A stretch of DNA of 49,354 nt from Octopus bimaculoides (lineage: Eukaryota). Positions 1-10,918 of the stretch are shown here, piece by piece. Under the pieces are notes generated by a model, which was given only the letters and a program-made list of their open reading frames with translations, did not search any database and was not told the origin of the DNA. Each line of letters starts with the position of its first letter. The stretch's first letter is position 1. The position numbers and the translations under genes were made by a program. Location: assembly GCF_001194135.2 (NCBI RefSeq), contig NC_068997.1:17002636-17051989 (forward strand). Reading direction: 5' to 3'.

Positions 1-49
<49 letters not shown>

Positions 50-81
50 AAATATATATGTATGAATATATATATATATAT

Positions 82-117
<36 letters not shown>

Positions 118-788
118 TATATATATATATATACATATATAATATCATATACTTATATATAATTCTCTGTGTGTTAGAAGGATGTTGTATGTGTCTATAG
201 CTCGACATAGAATGTGAGTGGGATAATTAGAGAATGACTCCACTGGAGCGCAAAAGTGTATTGAATTGATGTGACGTTCAAGGTGATTAAGTATTTTTCT
301 ATGCGCTCATGTTTTCTATGTGTTACTATTCTCGGAGTATGTAAATGTTCTTTATGATTTTTTGCTTTGCCCCTCATGGGCTGATGTGTGTGTATGCATC
401 TCTCTGTTTGTATGTTTGCATGTGTTTGTGCGCGCGCGCGCGCGTGTGTGTGTGTGGCTTTGTACGCCTATGTTCATATGTGTGTATGTGTGTAAAGGAA
501 TACCTTCGTGTTTATGAGTAATTGTTTACAATTTTTTGCTATATTGCACCAATGAATAAGTCGCGACAAAATGACGAATAAAGATCAGTAATATTTGCTG
601 TTATTGTTTAAAACCTAGGTCAATCATAAAGAGACCAACCCTACAACCAGTGGCATTTCAAATTTAAAAAAAATTTCTTTAGTTATATGCAGAAATAAAT
701 AATCGAATCTACCTGTAATTTTCATTTTGAAACTGTTGCAGCATTCATTTTACCGATATATGCATGTATGTATGAATGTATATATGTG

Positions 789-841
<53 letters not shown>

Positions 842-902
842 CCTCGTGGATATCGTTGGCGATTTTTTATTCCTCCGTCTTCCCTTCTTTTGACTTTCCT
901 AT

Positions 903-937
903 ATTTCCGACGAAGTGCTCCGCTCGAAACGTCAAAT
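903..937 (+). ncRNA. Degenerate minimal type I hammerhead-ribozyme-like motif (probable Penelope-like element repeat relic)
   Basis: ATTT-CCGACGA-A-GTGC-TCC-GCTC-GAAAC-GTC-AAAT. The CUGANGA box has U4>C, stem II has 3 of 4 pairs, GAAA box and GUC triplet are present, stem III is the palindrome ACGT, and stem I is ATTT/AAAT. Confidence 0.5.
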
Positions 938-1024
938 TCTCTTTCTCTCCTTTTCCGAGCGTTCAGTAACACAATATTTGTATCATGTCCTTGCGTTGTT
1001 GTTTTTGTTGTTTTTTTTGTCATT

Positions 1025-1170
1025 TTACGTTCTGAGTTCACCGAAGTCGACTTTGCCTTTCATCCTTTCGGGGTCGATATAAATAAGTACCAATTGAACA
1101 CTGGGGGCCAATTTAATTGACTAGTCCTTCCCTCGAACTTGCTGGAATTGTGTCGAAATTTAAAATCAAT
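1025..1170 (+). mobile_element. SINE family A, 5'-truncated copy
   Basis: Matches the recurrent core TTACGTTCTGAGTTC...GTCGACTTTGCCTTTCATCCTTTCGGGGTCGAT..AAGTACC seen in many copies in this window. Confidence 0.8.
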
Positions 1171-1184
1171 ATTTATTGAGTATT

Positions 1185-1392
1185 TAAGGCGGTGAACTGG
1201 TAGAATGTTTAACTGACCAGGCAAAATTCTTAGCGGCATTTGTTTCGTGTTCAAATTCCACCGTAGTTCAACTTTGCCTTTCATCTATGGGGATCGATGA
1301 AATAAGTACCAGTCACATACTAGTGTCGATGTAATCAATTAGCCTCTTCCTCACAAAATTCTAGACTTGTACCTATATTTGAAAAGATTATT
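1185..1392 (+). mobile_element. SINE family A, near full-length diverged copy
   Basis: Head TAAGGCGGTGAACTGG.AGAAT, GTTCAAATTCC B-box-like motif, family core, tail ending GAAAAGATTATT. Confidence 0.75.
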
Positions 1393-2178
1393 AATCGAAT
1401 GCTGGAAAAGCAAAGCACCACTGTGTTCATTTCTCTGCAGAATTGTTTTGGATTAACACACTCCAGCTTGTTGGCTCCAAGACAACATATACAGTTCATT
1501 ACTATAAGCTAGAGCAACACATATGAGAGCAATAAGCTCTTATCGTTCTGCTCTCCAAAGGTAATAATCCTGCAACCAAAGTGGATGGTTTATTTCTTCG
1601 ATGATCAAGGCGTTGAGATCTCAGTAACCCAAACAATCAAGACAACAACAACGACAGCATGGAGCTGTTGGTCCCGTTTACGGTAGCCATATGAGAAATT
1701 AATGTGTTAATATGAGAAATTTGTATATTTTCTTCTACATCAGATACAAAATCCTCTCTTTCTCCTTCACATTCAATTCAGATTTCGAATTAACACTCAA
1801 ATATACTTTCGTACAACGTATTCTTTCCGCTGTTACTGCAATATATTGCTTTTCCTTCACTCTGCGTCAGGAGCCGGAGGCTTCTCACATTTCGGACATC
1901 GCAAAGTAATATTTGGAAAATAATTTAGTATTATGAGGTAAAGAACTGAAGTTTAATGCATAACATTCCTATTTGGGATTTCGGGTCGGCACATTATCTT
2001 TTGTCGTATCACATATTCAGGTCTTCACGTTTTGCTGCTGGAAATTGTATTCGGCCTTGTTCAGGTGTTTTAATAATTAAAGTATTTACAGTCATATACA
2101 TTCACTATATTTTCTATCAATTACTTTTAGAAGACACTGAAATTTTCAGTTGTATTGAATAATACATACATACATACA

Positions 2179-2212
<34 letters not shown>

Positions 2213-3199
2213 CATGCATTCATAACTGCATATATACGTACATGCTTATATACGTATATACAATCACTCGCACGCAAATGTATGTACATGCATATATATA
2301 CATACACACATATGCCTTCATAAATATATAGACATTCACAAATAAATGAATTTGGTAACATACGCACAAAAGAAGGAAAAAGGGTAAAAACGGAAATACA
2401 TATATATATACGTAATACGCTTACATTTATTGTACGCACAACTGACACTAGGACGAACAAAATCAAGGGGTAAAATTAAGAACATCGAGATATGTTGCAA
2501 AAGAGAAAAGAAATGATAAATAAATAACACAAGCAGAGAGAGAGGGGAGAGAGAGGGGAGAGAGACGGTGGTTGGGTACGAGAGGTGACATACAGGAACA
2601 AAGGGTAAGATACAGTCGTAATGTATATAATGAAACGATTGTATTTTATTCAAAATGTTTTACAGGTTTACAGGCGAGTCAAACATTTCAATAAGTTCCT
2701 CCTTGTATGACCTCATCGATTCTTATGACATTGTCGATATAAAAAAAAATATCAATTGTAAGACCGGAGACGACTAGTCCAAAACATGCTTTCTGGGGGT
2801 AGAGATATTTCGTGTTTTGTATTTAAACAAAGCAGATAAAATTTACAAACAAAGCAACAACAAAAAATTGCTTATGTACATTATACATTATACATTATAC
2901 ATACGCACACAGACTACAAAACATACTCCCGCGCGTGCACACATATATATACTTTCTGCCCTCTCTGTCCTCTCTCCCACTTCTATCCTCCAAATAGACG
3001 CATACCGAACTTATGTATACGTACACCTAGCATTTACTCAAAGCTGAGAGTGGTTCGTTATTCGAAGTTGTAAGTTCCAGATCGACTAGCACCTGATCTT
3101 GTTGACGATGAAACAATCTTAGCTTACACATCAGCTAAAAAGCCTGAGTCGTTCCACAAAGACAAGCGGGCGGTGTTAGTGTCACTACACTTATTGTAA

Positions 3200-4489
3200 T
3201 CAATATCTATAAAACACAAGATGTTTGTGTGTGTGTGTACGTGATGTGGGTTATGCACGTCCACAAATTAGCACGCATGTCGCTCCAATTTTAGGAGGAC
3301 ATTGTTCATGACCCTATCTGTGTTTTTGTCAACTTTTTCTCACAGAGGCACCCGCGTATAGCTGTAAAAATCGATAAACTTTTACCAATTTTGAAGTNNN
3401 NNNNNNNNNNNNNNNNNNNNNNNNNNNNNNNNNNNNNNNNNNNNNNNNNNNNNNNNNNNNNNNNNNNNNNNNNNNNNNNNNNNNNNNNNNNNNNNNNNNN
3501 NNNNNNNNNNNNNNNNNNNNNNNNNNNNNNNNNNNNNNNNNNNNNNNNNNNNNNNNNNNNNNNNNNNNNNNNNNNNNNNNNNNNNNNNNNNNNNNNNNNN
3601 NNNNNNNNNNNNNNNNNNNNNNNNNNNNNNNNNNNNNNNNNNNNNNNNNNNNNNNNNNNNNNNNNNNNNNNNNNNNNNNNNNNNNNNNNNNNNNNNNNNN
3701 NNNNNNNNNNNNNNNNNNNNNNNNNNNNNNNNNNNNNNNNNNNNNNNNNNNNNNNNNNNNNNNNNNNNNNNNNNNNNNNNNNNNNNNNNNNNNNNNNNNN
3801 NNNNNNNNNNNNNNNNNNNNNNNNNNNNNNNNNNNNNNNNNNNNNNNNNNNNNNNNNNNNNNNNNNNNNNNNNNNNNNNNNNNNNNNNNNNNNNNNNNNN
3901 NNNNNNNNNNNNNNNNNNNNNNNNNNNNNNNNNNNNNNNNNNNNNNNNNNNNNNNNNNNNNNNNNNNNNNNNNNNNNNNNNNNNNNNNNNNNNNNNNNNN
4001 NNNNNNNNNNNNNNNNNNNNNNNNNNNNNNNNNNNNNNNNNNNNNNNNNNNNNNNNNNNNNNNNNNNNNNNNNNNNNNNNNNNNNNNNNNNNNNNNNNNN
4101 NNNNNNNNNNNNNNNNNNNNNNNNNNNNNNNNNNNNNGTTAGAGTTAACATAGAAGGGACAGGCTCCTTATTTTTTGGTTAAGGTTGTTGGTAAGCTTTC
4201 CTAAGTTACTCCAATCCAGATCCCCAACGCAAACCTTCAGATCAACCTTCTCCTATGCAGATCTCTAATGCAACATTTAAAAAAAGAGTCAATAAGTGAA
4301 AATAACCAATAAACTGATTCCTTATGGGATTTCCCAATCAAATTGCCAGCAAACCATTTTCAGCCAAACCAATTTCAACGGATTTCGCTCAAATCTGATG
4401 TCGATGTTACTTATTTTGGTTTGAAATAAAGGACTTAATCATTTAATAATCCTAGCTTAATCCCGAGCAGCGCCGGGTTATACTGCTAG
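3200..4489 (+). mobile_element. Non-autonomous Helitron-like element, middle hidden by N-gap 3398-4137
   Basis: 5' A|TC...TCTATAAAA followed by a TG tract; 3' GC hairpin CCCG-AGCAGCGC-CGGG (4462-4477) then CTAG|T at 4486-4490. This is the canonical Helitron terminal layout. That both ends belong to one element is inferred across the gap. Confidence 0.6.
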
Positions 4490-4584
4490 TATAGAAGTAA
4501 ATATGCACACTTCAAAGTGTATTGAAGAATTCTTCAATTTAATGTGCGGTTGTTGTTTTTTATTATTATTATAAGTAGGCGTTC

Positions 4585-4725
4585 CGCCGAGGCAAAATTT
4601 ACCTTTCCTCCTTTCGGGAGGGGGGGGTCGATAAATTAAGTACCAACTGAACACGTGGTGTCGATGTCATCAACTAGCACGCTCCTGCAAAATTCCTGGT
4701 AATATACGAAAATTTGAAACCATTA
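4585..4725 (+). mobile_element. SINE family A, 5'-truncated copy
   Basis: TTCCGCCGAGG...CCTTTC.TCCTTTCGGG...GTCGATAAATTAAGTACC core and AAATTTGAAACCATT tail. Confidence 0.7.
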
Positions 4726-4739
4726 TAAGTAGACGCAAA

Positions 4740-4945
4740 AAGGCGACGTGCTGGCAGAATCGTTAGCAAGCCGGGTGAAATGTTTAGCAGTATTTCGTCT
4801 GACGCTACGTTCTGAGTTCAAATTCCGCCAAGGTTAACTATGCCTTTCATCATTTCGCTGTCGATAAATTAAGTACCGGTGAAACACTGGGATCGATGTA
4901 ATCGACACCAGGCTTCCCTCAAATTTCAGGCTTCGTGCCTATACT
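4740..4945 (+). mobile_element. SINE family A, full-length copy
   Basis: AAGGCGACGTGCTGGCAGAATCGTTAGC head, GAGTTCAAATTCC B-box, family core, GTGCCTATACTA tail. Confidence 0.85.
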
Positions 4946-4946
4946 A

Positions 4947-5058
4947 GGCTTTGGTCAGCAGAGGCTATAGCAGACGACACTTGCCCAAGTTGCCACTCAC
5001 TAACACTGAACCGGTGACACATGGTTGGGAAGCAACCATCTTACCATACAGCCACTCG
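4947..5058 (-). mobile_element. SINE family B, 5' (tRNA-like plus CORE-like) fragment
   Basis: Reverse complement of the GGCTGT.TGGTAAG...TTGGGCAAGTGTC...TATAGCC...GACCAAAGCC segment of the full copies. Confidence 0.7.
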
Positions 5059-5626
5059 CATGAGTGTGTGTGTGTTTGTGTATGTGTGTGTGCGTGCGTG
5101 TTGAAAGACAGTCGCTTGCTACAATCTCGGAGATGTTATGAGGCATAACTTGTCTGGGGTTCCTAGGCACCTAGAGGCAAAATTCCACGAAGCAAAAGAT
5201 TGACTCAACTAAAATATGAATATTATTAATTTCTACGGCGAAATCGAGTACTCGTCTGACATCTATCATTCAGAAATGCCACACATATACTTATATTAAA
5301 ATGCATATTTTTGTGTATATACAATCACCCCACACAGATTTGCTTGCAGTCATAATACATTCGTACATAATACAAACGTACAATTATAACTTATATACAC
5401 ATACAAAGTTATAACAGATGAAATATGAGCAGCAATTGCGTAGATCTGTCATCGGTGAAGATCAGATACGAGAGTCAGATAACATTTGTTTCGTACGTTT
5501 ATAGGCGGCTGCCCTTTATCATTTTGAAGATAGTGATAGCTGAGTTACTTAGCTTACATCAGGTATTCATTTTATTTCGAAATCGGAAGCAATTCGGCAC
5601 CACAATTACTTCACTGTTTACCGGAA

Positions 5627-5675
<49 letters not shown>

Positions 5676-5688
5676 GCTAGCTAGCTAT
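5627..5688. repeat. (TCTA)n tetranucleotide microsatellite
   Basis: Direct inspection. Confidence 0.95.
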
Positions 5689-6752
5689 TTGTCTGTCTCT
5701 CTGACCGTCTGTCTGTCTGTCTGTTTTTTCTCTGCGAAAATGGATAGGCAGAGTCTTTTGGTCATTTTATCATCTTGCAATTGACTGCAACCTTTTTGGT
5801 GCCGCTTATTTGCAGTGACTCTTTCGTACAAAAATCCGCACGAAAAGCCAAACTATATTTAATAGAATGCTTGTACAAGCATTAAAAGATGTTATTAAGA
5901 TGTTATTGCTCGGGTTTGCGTTCCGACATAATCCCAAATGTCAGTGAATGCTCAACCGATGCTAGTATTAATTATGGTATATCTCAGTATCTAATTACCT
6001 AATTATATTCTAATATTGTGTTACCTTAAAAACAAGATATTCTTAAATCTCCAAATCATCCAATAGGTCATTGCTTTTTCGAGTAAAATAGTTCTAGCGT
6101 TTGGCGGTTTTGATTATTTCTCTTTAATTATCTATCCACAAAAGGGCACAACGTGATAAAAATTTTGACAGTTTAAGTATTCAATATTACGACATTGAAA
6201 CTTGCACAGCAGAAAATTGGCTAAATTGATAAAAAAAAAATTACTATGCTGTATTTGGTTACTTGCATGTACACATAGAGCTCCATTTTTGCCGAGGTCA
6301 ACTTTGCTGTTCCTCCTTCTAAGTCAATTAATTAGCACCAGACAAGTACTCGATGAATCTAAGAGGCTTTGTCCTCAACCGAACTATGTGGGCTTAAGTC
6401 CAAGTGAGAAATTAACAATTAGCCAGCGACTATTAACAACGGTTTGATATTGATATCGTAATTATTTAATCAAATATCCGTGAGAGCTTTTTTCCTTTCC
6501 TTTTTTTTTTTCATAGCAATTTAGCTTTCACTTCACCCGGCGTTGAAATCAGTATTATGTAATTAAACGCCTTTACTTCAAAGAATCTCGGTTTTCATAG
6601 ATGATTTTTAAGTACACTTGTCAGATAATTGCAAAATGGAAGGCAGCAAGATCGTGTCTAGCGACTTTGAGAAAAAAAAAATGTTTTCATGACTTTAATC
6701 TTGTTACCACAGACTAGACCGAACACTGTCTGTCTATCTGTGTATCTATTTA

Positions 6753-7184
6753 TCTATCTTATATTTTAAAAGGCAAGTTGTCTGTCTGTGTGTTGTGTGA
6801 ACCATGTCTACTCCTACATTTTTCAACCGAATTTCACCAAATTTGACACGTGTGCTCTCTTTGACATAGAACGCATTTTCTTATAATTTTTTTCCCAAAA
6901 ATTCGTGCCCACAGCATAAATAGAATACTCCCAGTTCGCCTAGCATTTGAACCCACCACGTCTATGCAACGGTACACGTACAATTTTCGGCGCTTCTTCA
7001 GACGCGCACTTCTCCAAGAAAATGACGCGTAATTTCTAAAAAAAATATGAAAATGGGAAATATATCCAAAATAAATGAAGTATACAAAAAATTCGGAGGA
7101 TTCATCTTTTTTTTAATATTTTATTCCAAAAAACAAACCTATATTAACCCTTAAATTAACATTTAATACATGTGCTTAATAAAT
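6753..7184 (+). mobile_element. Helitron-like non-autonomous element, 5' portion running into a gap
   Basis: A|TC-TATCTTATATTTTAAAA start, GTCTGTCTGTG tract, then TTTCAACCGAATTTCACCAAATTTG. This layout is typical of non-autonomous Helitron 5' ends. No 3' end is visible. Confidence 0.45.
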
Positions 7185-7926
7185 NNNNNNNNNNNNNNNN
7201 NNNNNNNNNNNNNNNNNNNNNNNNNNNNNNNNNNNNNNNNNNNNNNNNNNNNNNNNNNNNNNNNNNNNNNNNNNNNNNNNNNNNNNNNNNNNNNNNNNNN
7301 NNNNNNNNNNNNNNNNNNNNNNNNNNNNNNNNNNNNNNNNNNNNNNNNNNNNNNNNNNNNNNNNNNNNNNNNNNNNNNNNNNNNNNNNNNNNNNNNNNNN
7401 NNNNNNNNNNNNNNNNNNNNNNNNNNNNNNNNNNNNNNNNNNNNNNNNNNNNNNNNTATATATATATATATTGAGTAATTTATTTGTAATAATTATTGTG
7501 GCATTTACCGTTAAATTAACAGTTCGTATATCTATATATATAAAATTCATTGTCTGTTTGTCTACCTGTTTCCAATACATTCTTAAAGGGCTCCATCAAA
7601 TCAAATCAAATCAAATTTTACAAGTTAATAGTAGCACACCCCACGTGTTATTTCTTCACCACACACATTCTTGAAGAATCTTAGTCGAACATATCGACAT
7701 CAATACTTATTTTCTAATGCCTGGTAATTATTCTATCAGCCTCTTTTAATGAACTGCTACTTTACGGGGACGTAAACGAACAAATACGGGCTATCAAGCG
7801 GTAATAGACGGAAAACACAGACACAATGATATACATACACACATACACGCACATACACACGCACGTGCACACACATTGATGCACCCAACACACACACACA
7901 CACGCACACACTCACACATGTACAAT

Positions 7927-8080
7927 GGGCTTCTTTCAGTTTCCGTCTACCAAAACCACTGAGAAGGGTCTGGTCAGTCCGGACATAATACAAGGCAATT
8001 GGCCTATGTGTGACGTAGTGGGTCTGAACTGGGAAACATGTGGTAAGGAAGGAAACGTCTTGCTACATAGCCACAGCTGC
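7927..8080 (-). mobile_element. SINE family B, diverged 5' half
   Basis: GGGCTTCTTTCAGTTTCCGTCTACCAAA... through ...ATAGCCAC matches the other B copies. Confidence 0.75.
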
Positions 8081-8159
8081 ACCGCTATCTTTTAACTTGA
8101 TCTCTTGATTGGTCTTCATATTTAGGCATGTCTTGTCTATAGTTTAAAGCAGTAAAGAT

Positions 8160-9225
8160 AATAAGCATATCAAGGCTTATACATCCATACGGTCATCCCT
8201 ACCCGATGAAGCAGTTTTTGTTGGCGTGTGACTTCTAATGTGTAGAAGGCAGACACAATAAAATACATATTTTGGCTGGTGATATTACTATTTAGAGCTG
8301 AATCGTTGATCGTCGAGCGTTTTCTTTCTCCATTAAGGAAGTAGCAATCAATTGTGTAAAGCGTGTGTCTGTGTGCTACCAGCATGTGGATTTTAAGCAT
8401 TGTGCTGTGCTATTAGTATCGTTTGAATCATTAATCATTTATTTTTTTTATGGAGAATTCTGTATTAGAAGGATGCGTTGCTTACTAATGTCTTCCAATC
8501 AAGTTTTATTTTATGTTCTATGATGTGTGGTGCAGTGCTATTATCGTATCGTGTTGTAAATGCATAGTGAGCCGGCGGGAGAATGTTGAACTTGTTTGGC
8601 CAATGTAACATTTAGGTTACTGAAGTTTACAACTTTTACGTTTCTAATCAAATTTGTAAATTACATTGGAGATTAGTATGTATGTTTGCGGGCTTGCAGG
8701 CTTGTGTCTCGTTATCGATAGCTTGTTTTTTTCTTTTTTTGTAGTTTGTTATTTGTATTATTTTATGAGTGACTGCATTGCGTTTTGTGTTCCGATTTAT
8801 GGGGAGATGTTTTTTTGTGTTTTTATAGCATCTTCATCTATTCTATAGCTCGTATGTATTTGATTCATTTACTACACTTTAATGTGTGGTTTGTTTCTTT
8901 TTAATAGGTGTACTGTCTGATGTATTTACTGCGTTTAATTTGTTTCTATATTGTTCTATAGCTTGATCTACAAGCTTGTTGATTTTTACCCGTTGTTGAT
9001 TACTGTTTGTTTTATTTTGCAGATTTCTTTGTGTAGTGCTTGCGGAGGAGGAGAATCTAAATGTTTTTTTCTAGCTAGTGATTTCATTACCGACATTTTA
9101 TATCATTGTGGACATTTGCTTTCTCTCCAAGTAATCACGCCATGTATTAGAGATATTAGTATAAATGCAGGTGGTATATTTGTTATTTCTTTTTATCTCA
9201 GAGTTTATATCTCGAAACGTTGATG
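8160..9225 (-). mobile_element. Penelope-like retroelement relic (RT C-terminus/thumb plus GIY-YIG endonuclease), 5'-truncated, with stops
   Basis: Manual minus-strand translation gives SKCPQ*YKMSVMKSLARKKH...LHKEICKIKQTVINNG* (9120-8986), resembling the PLE thumb motif CP.RYK.SVI...FH.E..R.KQ.L.NNGY. It also gives NVIYKFD*KRKSCKLQ*PKCYIGQTSSTFSRRLTMHLQ (8667-8554), a GIY-YIG signature. The 3' boundary is approximate. Confidence 0.85.
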
Positions 9226-9552
9226 GACCTAGCAACTTTACTGTTTCAAGCAAAAAGTAAATAACACATAAGAGAATACCAAATCACCTAAACTAAAAGT
9301 GATAAATCTAAAATTCAACATAAAATTAACGTTTCACCGCATATATAAATGGTTGCACACACACACACACATCACAGAAACACACATACACACATATACG
9401 TATATAAGTACGAAAGCAAATATATTTGCATGCATATGGATAGACACACACGCACACTAAGATATATATATGTACATATGAATGCGTGTGTGTATATATA
9501 TGTGTTATATAGACATACATATTTACGTACACACACACACACACACACACAC

Positions 9553-10807
9553 GTGCGGCGCGCTTTCCCGCAGCTCGTCTCCATGACCGAACTGCAGTCG
9601 TGGATTAAGAAGAGGCCGAGGAAGGGCGAATGACACCGCGAGTGTCGCGTTGCTCTCCGGCAACTCCAACAACCCGGGTCAACCTTGAGCAACTGCATCA
9701 CAACTAACGCATTCTATAGTGGATTAGTGGAGGGAAGGTACGACGACGATCTCGGGGCGAACCTGGGCGTCGACGAGGAATACCTGACCCGCCTGTTTAA
9801 GACGACCTTCGGGCCGGGACCTATGGACAACTTCCAGAGATCTCTGGCCTGGCAGTGCTATCGAGAAGCNNNNNNNNNNNNNNNNNNNNNNNNNNNNNNN
9901 NNNNNNNNNNNNNNNNNNNNNNNNNNNNNNNNNNNNNNNNNNNNNNNNNNNNNNNNNNNNNNNNNNNNNNNNNNNNNNNNNNNNNNNNNNNNNNNNNNNN
10001 NNNNNNNNNNNNNNNNNNNNNNNNNNNNNNNNNNNNNNNNNNNNNNNNNNNNNNNNNNNNNNNNNNNNNNNNNNNNNNNNNNNNNNNNNNNNNNNNNNNN
10101 NNNNNNNNNNNNNNNNNNNNNNNNNNNNNNNNNNNNNNNNNNNNNNNNNNNNNNNNNNNNNNNNNNNNNNNNNNNNNNNNNNNNNNNNNNNNNNNNNNNN
10201 NNNNNNNNNNNNNNNNNNNNNNNNNNNNNNNNNNNNNNNNNNNNNNNNNNNNNNNNNNNNNNNNNNNNNNNNNNNNNNNNNNNNNNNNNNNNNNNNNNNN
10301 NNNNNNNNNNNNNNNNNNNNNNNNNNNNNNNNNNNNNNNNNNNNNNNNNNNNNNNNNNNNNNNNNNNNNNNNNNNNNNNNNNNNNNNNNNNNNNNNNNNN
10401 NNNNNNNNNNNNNNNNNNNNNNNNNNNNNNNNNNNNNNNNNNNNNNNNNNNNAAAAACAAAAAGGCAAAAGAGAGTCACTTACTGTTATAGTTTCTGCAA
10501 TGACAATATTGACCAAGGTTACCGTGGTCTTTTCCGTAGGCCTTTCTTACCACGGCTCAACCTAAACTGTCCTCCCCTCTTTTTACACGAGAACATTACT
10601 GTGATACACGATCCCTATTGATCGCTTTTTTTTTTCTCGGTCCCTTTTGATCGAACTCCCCCCTTTTTTCCTTCCTACGATCCCTTTTGATCGACACCCA
10701 CCCCTACTTTTTCTTTTTTTCCCTCTTCCTTCCCCCTCCTAAAAAGAAAAGCTCTGCATTGTATTCGTCCCATCTTTGTTGAGCCCTGTGTGGCTAATAA
10801 AAGAAAT
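9553..10807 (+). mobile_element. Tx1/L1-like non-LTR retrotransposon, 5'-truncated 3' part (ORF2 C-terminus plus 3' UTR), gap inside
   Basis: GC-rich frame 9553-9868 reads VRRAFPQLVSMTELQSWIKKRPRKGE*HRECRVALRQ...FGPGPMDNFQRSLAWQCYRE with one TGA at 9631-9633. LAWQCYRE resembles the start of the zf-RVT region of L1/Tx1 ORF2. After the gap is a pyrimidine-rich UTR-like segment ending AATAAA-AGAAAT. Linkage across the gap is inferred. Confidence 0.65.
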
Positions 10808-10811
10808 GTAT

Positions 10812-10825
10812 CTAGTTATCTATCC

Positions 10826-10917
<92 letters not shown>

Positions 10918-10918
10918 G
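10812..10918. repeat. (TCTA)n grading into (TCTG)n
   Basis: Direct inspection. Confidence 0.95.

Noticed and set aside
140-380. Unique segment with a short similarity (CATCCTTCTAA.AC...AGAATT on the minus strand) to the 3' part of the Penelope relic near 8460
   Set aside because: About 20 bp of loose match and no recognisable peptide in any frame; insufficient to call.
2666-2757. Possible plus-strand exon between TTTTACAG and GTAAGA
   Set aside because: Short frame with no recognisable homology, weak donor and no partner exons; expected by chance in AT-rich DNA.
9631-9633. Single in-frame TGA in the Tx1-like frame as selenocysteine or readthrough
   Set aside because: One substitution from TGG or CGA explains it; no SECIS seen and no reason to expect Sec in this LINE region.
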